Of a stretch of DNA of 64,000 bases, positions 28,463 through 36,003 are shown one piece after another. This stretch comes from Candidatus Iainarchaeum sp. Lineage in GTDB: Archaea; B1Sed10-29; WALL01. Position 1 is the stretch's first letter, and the number at the start of each line of letters is the position of its first letter. Made by a program: the position numbers and the translations under genes. Below the pieces are notes generated by a model. That model did no database searches. It saw nothing but the letters and a program-made list of their open reading frames with translations, and was not told the DNA's origin. The stretch covers positions 43,909-107,908 of the forward strand of contig JAGMCR010000011.1 in the NCBI GenBank assembly GCA_023129115.1. The letters are read 5' to 3'.

Positions 28463-28740
28463 TAGCGCACCCGCACACTTTCTTTGAGTAGTTTTTTGAG
28501 TTTGGGGTTGTCGGCGAAGACCCACACGATTTTTCCGTCTTTGTCGACCAAAATTTTTCCGGAGCTCTCGAGGTAGTCGAGGACCAGGTTGAGTGTCCGC
28601 CCCATTACTTGCCTTGGGAGGTGTCTCCCCAACTGCGTCCTGGATCGGTACTCCCCGGCTTTTTTTATGGCGTCTTCTATCATGAGCACGGTGTCAAGCC
28701 GCGGGTAATGTACTTGGGTTTGCATTGTTTTTGTGACCAC
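28462..28740 (-). CDS. Small winged-helix protein, putative antitoxin
   Basis: PRLDTVLMIE...RTQL...TLNLVLDYLESSGKI; coupled to the toxin-like gene. Start may be ATG 28725. Confidence 0.55.
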   Translation of the reverse strand: MVTKTMQTQVHYPRLDTVLMIEDAIKKAGEYRSRTQLGRHLPRQVMGRTLNLVLDYLESSGKILVDKDGKIVWVFADNPKLKKLLKESVRVR

Positions 28741-28750
28741 TCCAACAACC

Positions 28751-28777
28751 TATAAACTTATACCCTATAAGTTTATA
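28751..28777. promoter_or_regulatory. Perfect 12-bp inverted repeat, putative autoregulatory operator
   Basis: TATAAACTTATA-ccc-TATAAGTTTATA immediately upstream of the wHTH gene. Confidence 0.65.
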
Positions 28778-28983
28778 CATAGTTGTTTATATGGCTTTCG
28801 GTGCGCAGCTCCCAACCGCTAAAGCAGTGGCATAAGATGTTTTATGGGGTTCTAGTGGTTGGGGGTGAACCCACCCGATGGCGTTCAACCCCCAACTCTT
28901 AAAGTGGTGAGAATCAGCACAGGAATAGTGTTTTGGTTGTTGGGAGTTACAACCCCAAGGCCTAGGCCCGCTTTTTCCTCGTC

Positions 28984-29034
28984 TTTGTAGTCTTAAAACC
29001 AACTACTTTTTCTTTGTTTTTTTAAGACTACAAA
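28984..29034. repeat. Perfect 15-bp inverted repeat (possible terminator or binding site)
   Basis: TTTGTAGTCTTAAAA (28984-28998) / TTTTAAGACTACAAA (29020-29034), just downstream of the 29072 stop. Confidence 0.7.
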
Positions 29035-29071
29035 CGTTGGGCTCCACCGGGCAGTGCCCAACCAATTCAGT

Positions 29072-29929
29072 TCACACGAACATCACTGCCCTGGCAAGCA
29101 TGAACAAAGCCATTGACAGCGGCACGAGCACCGCGATGTAGACAATCGCCTTCTCTGTGCTGTTCTCCTGGTATGCCACGAACAGCGACGCGAGAACCGC
29201 GTACTCCACTATATAGAACTGGCTCCCCAACAATGCGCTCGCCAGCATCTCCCCGGGGTTGGCGGGCCCTAGCCCCATGTCGGCGAGGCCCACAAAGTCG
29301 AGCGAGCCCACCATGGACACCAATGCGCCGAGTATGAGTGGCACAATCACGCCCCCGGCGAGCAGGAGCGTGTACTTCTCTATGGCAGTGGTCGCGGCCT
29401 GCTCCCGCACGACTTCTGCCACGCCGCTGATTTCTTCTGCGGTCTCCCTGAGCGCGTCGCCCATGTTCGCGCCTGTCCTGTAGCCCTGCAGCACCAGGCC
29501 AACCGCCCGCTTCAGCAGCCGCGAGTCGTTGGAGTCAATCATTGCCTCGAGGGCCTCGTCCACGGGCACGCCGTTGGCCACCTGCATGTGCGCCTTCCCG
29601 AACTCCCGGGCCAGCGGGCTGTCGCCTTCCGACAATTCCTCGACAAGCGCCTCAATCGGCATGAGCGTGTTGGACGCAGCGCGGTAGAGCGCCTGCGGCA
29701 GCTCTTCCTCGATGAGGCCCTGCCGCCTCGCCCAGAAATAGGTCGGCACTGCGTAGGCGGCGGCAAGCGGCAAAAGCGCGAGGCCGCAGAACAAGCCGCC
29801 GCCGGCAAGGAACACTGCCACGAAAATCCCGCCGCTCGCCCACGCCGCGTGGCGCACCAGCTCGCCCGCGTCGCCCCACCCCAGGCCGCGGGCCGCCTTC
29901 TGCAGCTGTGCCATGGTCTTTTCCATCAT
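29072..29929 (-). CDS. T2SS-F/TadC-like membrane protein, system B
   Basis: IEEELPQALY...LAREF...GVPVDEAL...GANMGDALRETAE, plus TM helices. Confidence 0.85.
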   Translation of the reverse strand: MMEKTMAQLQKAARGLGWGDAGELVRHAAWASGGIFVAVFLAGGGLFCGLALLPLAAAYAVPTYFWARRQGLIEEELPQALYRAASNTLMPIEALVEELSEGDSPLAREFGKAHMQVANGVPVDEALEAMIDSNDSRLLKRAVGLVLQGYRTGANMGDALRETAEEISGVAEVVREQAATTAIEKYTLLLAGGVIVPLILGALVSMVGSLDFVGLADMGLGPANPGEMLASALLGSQFYIVEYAVLASLFVAYQENSTEKAIVYIAVLVPLSMALFMLARAVMFV

Positions 29930-30666
29930 GCGAAAAACGGCCTCTTCAGCTTTATGAACGCGAGTATCGCCAGGTCAATCGTTGGGAACGCGAGCACCGG
30001 TATCCAGAACGCGTCGCTGGGCGTGAGGCTAACGCTCATGAACGCCGAGCCAACGATTACGTACGCCTGGAACAGCGCCGGCAGGATGGCGGACACTGCT
30101 ATAAAGACGAGCGAGTACACCGCAAGCTTTCCAGAGTACTCGCGGAGCGCGGCCTTCTGCATCGCGGCGATTTCCTCGCTGAGCTTCTTCAGCGCTGATG
30201 CGCCGCCGCGCTTCGAGTAAATGCTGTTCAACTGCATCACTGCCTTCTGGAGCTGGCCCGAGTCCACCCTCGCCACCATGGAGTTAAGCGCCTGCGGCAC
30301 GGCCGCGCCGAACTCCACTTCCTTAAGTGCTATCCCCACGTGCCTCGCGAGCCCGGAGCCCTCGCAGCTCTGCTGCAGGGCCTCTTCGAACGGCAGGCCC
30401 ACTGCAATCAGCGTCGCCATGGAGCGGAGCGCGAGCGGCAGCTCGGCCTCGACCCTGCCGGCCAGCGACTTTTTCCTGTACCACGGGACCTTGTACACGG
30501 CGGCGAAGGAGAGCCCTGCAGCCACTGGCGCGGCCATGGGCCAGAACGCGACTGCCGCCACGAACGCCGCTGCCCCCGCCATCACGCAGTACTTAAGCCA
30601 CTCTTCTTTCGTGTTCCGCATCTCTGCCAGTTGCAGGTCGCGCTCAAGCCCCGTGAACAGCTTCAT
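29926..30666 (-). CDS. T2SS-F/TadB-like membrane protein, system B
   Basis: VEAELPLALRSMATLIAVGLPFEEAL, plus TM helices; ATGA-coupled to the downstream gene. Confidence 0.85.
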   Translation of the reverse strand: MKLFTGLERDLQLAEMRNTKEEWLKYCVMAGAAAFVAAVAFWPMAAPVAAGLSFAAVYKVPWYRKKSLAGRVEAELPLALRSMATLIAVGLPFEEALQQSCEGSGLARHVGIALKEVEFGAAVPQALNSMVARVDSGQLQKAVMQLNSIYSKRGGASALKKLSEEIAAMQKAALREYSGKLAVYSLVFIAVSAILPALFQAYVIVGSAFMSVSLTPSDAFWIPVLAFPTIDLAILAFIKLKRPFFA

Positions 30667-32308
30667 TCACTTCCTCCACCGCTTCTGCAAAGTCTGTTGG
30701 CGAGTTCGCGAGCATGCCCTCGCGCCTCTGCCACTCCTGCCCGAGCCCGCTGGCGTCCAGCGAGAACGCCTTCATGATTTTTTCTGACACTCCGCCACTC
30801 CCAACCTTTACAAGCGCGTCTTTCGCCGCGTCGTAGTCGAACAGCTTGTGCGGACGGGCTTGCCCGTTGTGGTGCACCTCGCTTATCTCCATCACCCTCC
30901 GCAGCTCCCGCGTCTCTTTTTTCTCTGGGTCGTACTTGTCCCACCTCTTCTGCACCACCAGCAGGTCAATCGTCGGCAGGTCGTGGTCGCTTATGCCCAA
31001 GGCCTTGAGCCGGTTGATTGCTTCCCTGCCGCTCAGGGCGTGGAACGTCGCGACGCTTCCCTTGCCCTGGCCCGCGAGCATGGTGTTCATCAATGCCTTG
31101 GCCTCTTCCCCAGTGCGCACTTCGCCGACGATTATCCTGTCCGGCCGCATCCGCAGCGTGTCGCTCACGAGGTCGCCCATCCCAATCCCCAATTCCTCGT
31201 TGACGGTGAGCCGCACGCTGTGCTCGTGGGGAATGCTTATTTCGGGCGTCTCCTCCACGATAATCACCCGCTCGCCCAGGGGGATGAACGCGCTCAGGCA
31301 GTTCAGCGTCGTGGTCTTCCCGGACCCGGTCGACCCGGCAACAAGAATGTTCAGGTCGCACTGCATGGCCATCCACAGGAACGACATTGCCTCTGCGGTT
31401 ATCGTCCTGTTGTCAATCAAGTGCCTCGGGCTCAATGGCTTCTCAGTAAATTTCCTTATTGTCAGGCACGGCTGCTTCGTCACCGGCGGAATCGCGGCGT
31501 GCAGCCTCGACCCGTTGGGCAGGCACGCGTTTATCCTCGGCTTCTGCAGGGTAATCCTCCTCCCCAGTGAGCGCGCGATTCTGTTTATCACGCCCACGAT
31601 TTTCTTTTCGTCGAGGAACATCACGTCGGCCTCGAGCCAGCCCACGCCCCGCCTGTACACGCGTATCGGCTCGCCCACGCCGTTGACCGTAATCTCTTCC
31701 AGCGACTCGTCCGCCAGCATGGGCTCGAGCACAGAGAACCCGTGGACCTCGTAGTGGATGAGCCGCAGCAATTCTTCGCGCTGCGAGTCCTCAAGCACCA
31801 GCCCTTTTCCCTCGCAGTACTCCTCGAACACTTCCTCGACGTCTGCCTCGCCTTCCTTGGCGAGCTCGCGGAATGCCTTGACCACTGCCTCGATGGCCCT
31901 GGCCTCCTGGCAGCCAGGCGAATAAATCCCTGCCTCGTAGTTGCCGCCTGCTTTTTCCCAGCCGAGTATGCGCCGCGTTTCCTCGACTTCTTCTTCGCTG
32001 GCCTCGAGCCGGAGCCCCTTCACGCAGACCTTTATGCACTTCGGGTCCCCGCCGCACAAGTCGCACTTCCTGGCGTAGCCGTCCACGTAAATCGCGTTGT
32101 ACGGGCACGACAGCGCGCACAGCCCGCACCCGTCGCACTTCTCCGGGTCGACAGCCCACACCCCGGTCGCCACTTCGTAAAACGCCCCCTTCGGGCAGGC
32201 CTTGACGCACTCTGGCTCAAGGCAGTGCCTGCACTCGAAGTTTGCCTTGTGCGGGCACGCCTCGACGCACGCGTTGCAGTGGCTACACTCATCTATAACT
32301 AACCTCAT
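30644..32308 (-). CDS. TadA/CpaF-like ATPase with N-terminal 4x[4Fe-4S]-type ferredoxin domain
   Basis: Four Cys quartets in the first 100 aa, then LEEITVNG, LPNGSRLHA, TIRKF, GSTGSGKTT, VEETPEI, LRMRPDRIIVGEVR, ATFHA in one frame. Confidence 0.9.
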   Translation of the reverse strand: MRLVIDECSHCNACVEACPHKANFECRHCLEPECVKACPKGAFYEVATGVWAVDPEKCDGCGLCALSCPYNAIYVDGYARKCDLCGGDPKCIKVCVKGLRLEASEEEVEETRRILGWEKAGGNYEAGIYSPGCQEARAIEAVVKAFRELAKEGEADVEEVFEEYCEGKGLVLEDSQREELLRLIHYEVHGFSVLEPMLADESLEEITVNGVGEPIRVYRRGVGWLEADVMFLDEKKIVGVINRIARSLGRRITLQKPRINACLPNGSRLHAAIPPVTKQPCLTIRKFTEKPLSPRHLIDNRTITAEAMSFLWMAMQCDLNILVAGSTGSGKTTTLNCLSAFIPLGERVIIVEETPEISIPHEHSVRLTVNEELGIGMGDLVSDTLRMRPDRIIVGEVRTGEEAKALMNTMLAGQGKGSVATFHALSGREAINRLKALGISDHDLPTIDLLVVQKRWDKYDPEKKETRELRRVMEISEVHHNGQARPHKLFDYDAAKDALVKVGSGGVSEKIMKAFSLDASGLGQEWQRREGMLANSPTDFAEAVEEVNEAVHGA

Positions 32309-32378
32309 TCTCCCATCTCCCCATAGCATCATTCTTAAGGCGAAAGTCATATATATAACTTACATATACAAAACATAT

Positions 32379-32696
32379 ATGGCTTCAAGGGCTGTCCTCG
32401 TGAATTTTCCTGAAAAAGTCTTGTCCGGGCTTGACTCTCTTGTCGAGGAAGGGGTTTTCGACAACCGGAGCGAGGCGATTAGGGAGGCCACGAGAAAAAT
32501 AATCATGGAATACCGTGGCATTGCCGGCCCGGCGGAAAAGCCTTCTGTCGAGCTAGTGCGGGAAGTCAGGGCCAAGATGTGGCGCGATGCCTTGAGGCAG
32601 GCAAAGGGCGACGAGCAGAAGGCAATGGATTTAATCGCAAGAAAGGCAAAGAAGGCCGCGGACAAGTTTTGGCCTAATATTCGCCGGGCTCGATGA
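32379..32696 (+). CDS. CopG/RHH-family antitoxin-like protein
   Basis: VLVNFPEKVLSGLDSLVEEGVFDNRSEAIREA. Start reassigned to ATG 32379. Confidence 0.8.
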   Translation: MASRAVLVNFPEKVLSGLDSLVEEGVFDNRSEAIREATRKIIMEYRGIAGPAEKPSVELVREVRAKMWRDALRQAKGDEQKAMDLIARKAKKAADKFWPNIRRAR

Positions 32697-33099
32697 CTGC
32701 CACACCGATTAGGTCGCCGACTTCCTTGTGTATTTTTTCTCCGCTGACGAAGAAGCCCACGCTGCTTTTTTTGGCGAGCAGGAAATGCGCCGCGTCATTG
32801 ACACCGATTCTTTCCCCGATTTCGCCAGCTATTTTTCTGTTCAACTCAACTGCTTTCTTCAAGATGGCACCGGTTGTTTCAATGCGCTCGACCAGAAGGC
32901 CCGTGTCCGCAATGAATGATTTCATGAGCGGAACCAGGTATGGGTAAACATTTTCCATTTCCTGGATGACTAAGTCTGATAGCAACACAGTGTCGCCGTT
33001 GCCCACCGCTTTTTCGAACATCCTTTCAGCGAAGTAGGTCGGCATTCCCTCTTCCTTGAATAAGCTAATCCATACATTGGTGTCTAGGTAAAGCCTCAT
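32674..33099 (-). CDS. PIN-domain (VapC-like) ribonuclease
   Basis: LYLDTNVWIS, SDLVIQEM, NDAAHFLLA, FVSGEK. Convergent with the RHH gene, 23-nt overlap. Confidence 0.85.
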   Translation of the reverse strand: MRLYLDTNVWISLFKEEGMPTYFAERMFEKAVGNGDTVLLSDLVIQEMENVYPYLVPLMKSFIADTGLLVERIETTGAILKKAVELNRKIAGEIGERIGVNDAAHFLLAKKSSVGFFVSGEKIHKEVGDLIGVAVIEPGEY

Positions 33100-33120
33100 T
33101 CTTCCTCTCCCCTCTCGCTT

Positions 33121-33432
33121 TCATGGCGTTATTTCAATTGACTTCCCCTTGATTTTCAGCGTCACTTTTTCTCCCTGCTTCAGCCCGAGTGCCTGTTCCA
33201 TCACTTTGGGTATCCGCACTATTAGGTTGCTCTTTATCCGCCCGAGCTTTGCGTGGAACTTCTGGTGCTTTAGCTTGTTGGCTACGAGTATCCTTTCCGC
33301 CTGCAGTGGATCCAGATACTCCTCGCCGCAATTATCGCACTTCCAGCCATCAAGGACGTATCTTTTGAACTTTAGCTTTGTCGGCTTCGCGACTTTCCCA
33401 CAGAGGCATCCAAGCCCTTCCTTCTTTTTCAT
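33121..33432 (-). CDS. Zinc-ribbon (MqsA/YgiT-like) + AbrB/MazE-like antitoxin
   Basis: CLCG...WKCDNCGEEY, followed by SNLIVRIPKVMEQALGLKQGEKVTL. Confidence 0.7.
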   Translation of the reverse strand: MKKKEGLGCLCGKVAKPTKLKFKRYVLDGWKCDNCGEEYLDPLQAERILVANKLKHQKFHAKLGRIKSNLIVRIPKVMEQALGLKQGEKVTLKIKGKSIEITP

Positions 33433-33740
33433 TTAAACTTCCCCGCGTGTATTATCAGCCAGGCTTCTTTTTTCAGGAAACTGTTGTAGCACCTCGCCAC
33501 CACAATTTTTATCGTCTTGTTCCCTTTCTTCACGCACTTTTCCAGCACGTTTTTCTTTCTCTTGCTCCTTGCGCAGTCATACCCTTCTTCCAGCACCTCA
33601 ATCGCGTCGTGCACGGTGAAGTGCAGTCGGTCCAGCTCGCGTGCGGCTGCCCGGGTTGGGACAACACGCAGCCCCCTCCACTTGGGGGCAACAACCTCTA
33701 ACATATGTTCTTGACATATGTTATTAATATATGTTTCCAT
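33429..33740 (-). CDS. Putative DUF4258/BrnT-like toxin
   Basis: PTRAAARELDRLHFTVHDAIEVLEEG...IKIVV...LIIHAG; ATGA overlap with the antitoxin. Start may be 33704. Confidence 0.5.
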   Translation of the reverse strand: METYINNICQEHMLEVVAPKWRGLRVVPTRAAARELDRLHFTVHDAIEVLEEGYDCARSKRKKNVLEKCVKKGNKTIKIVVARCYNSFLKKEAWLIIHAGKFK

Positions 33741-33790
33741 AACTCTCTCCCCAGACAGTTATTCTCGCTTGAGCTATTTATTCCTTGCAG

Positions 33791-34105
33791 TCACGCGCGG
33801 ATTTTGGCCTTCTGCTTTGCATGCTCTTCCAGAAATTCCATGTCCACCGCTGTCGCAAGCTCGTCCAGCTTGACCGCGATGGCAGATTCCTTGTTGAACT
33901 GGTACATCTGCGCCCTTCCCTCTGTCCTGGTCTTTTTGGCGATTCCGCCCTCGACTAATTCGGGCATGACCCTCTGCAGCGTGCGGAAGCTCACGCCCGT
34001 GGCTCCGCCAATGTCCTTTAGAGAGTAGTCCCATTCCGAGTGGACCCTAAGAAAATCCAGCACCTTTGGGATTGGCCTGTCACCGAACACGTGCACTAAC
34101 CCCAT
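33791..34105 (-). CDS. Winged-helix DNA-binding protein
   Basis: KVLDFL...DYSLKDIGGATGVSFRTL...LVEGGIAKKTRTEGRAQMYQFN. Confidence 0.75.
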   Translation of the reverse strand: MGLVHVFGDRPIPKVLDFLRVHSEWDYSLKDIGGATGVSFRTLQRVMPELVEGGIAKKTRTEGRAQMYQFNKESAIAVKLDELATAVDMEFLEEHAKQKAKIRA

Positions 34106-34233
34106 GCTTTTTGCTGTGTTTCCCCAGCCTTATAAATTTAACTATTTTAACTAAATAACGCCAAATCTGTCATAGCATCTCGGCAATCCATACGCCTTTG
34201 TCTTTAAAACCTTTTGTTGAATACTGCTGGTGG

Positions 34234-34470
34234 ATGGACTACGAACAGTTTGTCCTCAAAAAGCTCTTGGACAAGCGCTATATCGGAGAAAAGCAAACAC
34301 TCATCGAGAACATTCCAAAAAACGTCCCGAAAAAAGACCAAAAGAAGGTTAGGAAAGCAGTAAAATCGCTTGTGCGCAAAGGCGTGCTCTTAACGAAAAA
34401 GAAGCACTATGGCGTGCACGTGTCGCTCAACCCACGCATGCTAAAGCAAATCAAGGAAGCCATTGAGTAA
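34234..34470 (+). CDS. Small basic winged-helix-like protein
   Basis: MDYEQFVLKKL...VRKAVKSLVRKGVLL...VSLNP; divergent from the wHTH gene. Confidence 0.55.
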   Translation: MDYEQFVLKKLLDKRYIGEKQTLIENIPKNVPKKDQKKVRKAVKSLVRKGVLLTKKKHYGVHVSLNPRMLKQIKEAIE

Positions 34471-34779
34471 TCACTCTAGTTTTACTTTCATTCCCAACTT
34501 GTATTTGGCAGCGCCAGCCCTCATCTCCACAACGTACTTGGCCGGCTTCTTCGGGACAATGTTCAGGCGCCACGGCTTCACGTTCTTGACGACGTCAACA
34601 ACCCGCCTCTCGCTGTCCAAGAAAACCAGGTCAATCGGGAACCGCATGAACAGCGTGTGTATCGCCGCCATCCACCGTGACTCCACTGCAAGAACGAGCG
34701 CCATTGGCCTCCCTAGCTTTTTCCGGAACATCAGCCCCATGAACTTCTGCCAGGGCGTGGTTGCCCACTCTACTTTCAT
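34471..34779 (-). CDS. DUF192 family protein
   Basis: ATTPWQKFMGLMFR, IHTLFMRFPIDLVFLD, AKYVVEM. Start reassigned to ATG 34779 because the longer ORF runs into the IS end. Confidence 0.85.
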   Translation of the reverse strand: MKVEWATTPWQKFMGLMFRKKLGRPMALVLAVESRWMAAIHTLFMRFPIDLVFLDSERRVVDVVKNVKPWRLNIVPKKPAKYVVEMRAGAAKYKLGMKVKLE

Positions 34780-34793
34780 GATACTCGCTTCAA

Positions 34794-36003
34794 GGAAAAC
34801 TTCCCCCTCCAGAAGGTTAGGGGTTGAGTTCCCCCCTTTCTTCCTCGGCAACCTTTAGCCGAAGAGCGTTTAAATACTTTTCACTTAACGTGAAATCATG
34901 CAAAGGGCAATCACTACGTTTTGTGAGTATGATGCTGACCTAATTAAAACAATGGAATTGTTCAACAAGGCCTGCCAAGAAGTAATCAACGTTGGCTGGG
35001 AGATAAAGGAATACAACAAAATGGAACTCCATAAGCTCACTTATCGTGCTATTCGCAGGGATTTTCCTTTGCTCCAGAGCAGCTTGGTTGAGGCTGCGAG
35101 GGATGTTGCTTCTGACATGCTTAAAAAAACCAAGTTCGCCAAGAAAGCATCTGCGCGGCAGCGTTAGGCTCAACCTGCGGACGTTCAAACCCTTCCTCAA
35201 AAGCAGCTATGTTTCTGTAAGCACTGTTTCCGGAAGGAAGAAAATTCCCATTAAAATTCCTAATTATTTTAATAAATACAAAAAGTGGCAGATCAAAGCA
35301 GCTACTCTCAAGTACAAAAATGGGGGTCTATCCTTTGTGTTGATTGCCGAGAAAGAAGCTTCAGAGCCTAAAAAGCCTGAAACCGTGATGGGGGTTGACC
35401 TCGGCGTGAACAACATCGCGGTATGCTCGAATAACACGTTTTTCAATTCCAAGCACCTAAAAAAGGTCAAGGGAAGATACCAATATCTACGCAGAACGCT
35501 TCAGTCCATTGGCACTCGCTCCGCGAAGAGAAAGCTCAAGAAGTTGAGTGGGCGAGAAAGACGGTTCGTGACTGACTTGAACCACTGTATCAGCAAAGAA
35601 TTGGTTTCCCTGCCTTTTGATTGCATTGCCTTCGAAAAACTCTGCATCAAGAAAAAGAAGGGCAATGGGAAGCGTTTCAACAAAAAACTTGGTGGATGGA
35701 GCTACGCACAACTCCAAGCATTCACTAGCTACAAAGCAGAAGAACTCGGCAAAACCATTGTTTTCGTGAATCCCAGACACACAAGTCAAGCATGTTCTGT
35801 TTGTGGCCATAGGCACAAGTCCAACAGAAACGGCGCTGTCTTCCGCTGCAAGTCCTGCAGCTTCGAGCTACACAGTGACTTAAACGCTTCCCGAAACATC
35901 GCCAGCCTCGGCAAGTCCGAGGTTGGTAGGCTGCCCAGTCAACCAGCCAAACGTAACCTCGCAAGAGAGTTACAAGCCCCTATTCCATTAGGGTGCAGTT
36001 GAC
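34794..36003 (+). mobile_element. IS200/IS605-family (IS1341-like, tnpB-only) element 1
   Basis: Left-end hairpin region; right end AAGCCCC...GGGTGCAGTTGAC; no tnpA. Removing this interval restores a clean stop for the adjacent gene. Ends are inferred. Confidence 0.7.
34898..36002 (+). pseudogene. tnpB: TnpB nuclease split by a +1 frameshift near 35123-35160
   Basis: N-terminal part in 34898-35167. RuvC motifs GVDLGV, IAFEKL, HSDLNASRNI and the Zn finger CSVCG/CKSC are in a different frame. Confidence 0.8.

Noticed and set aside
34898-36002. TnpB-like genes as Cas12f/Cas14 effectors
   Set aside because: No CRISPR array or cas1/2/4; IS605-type ends are present.
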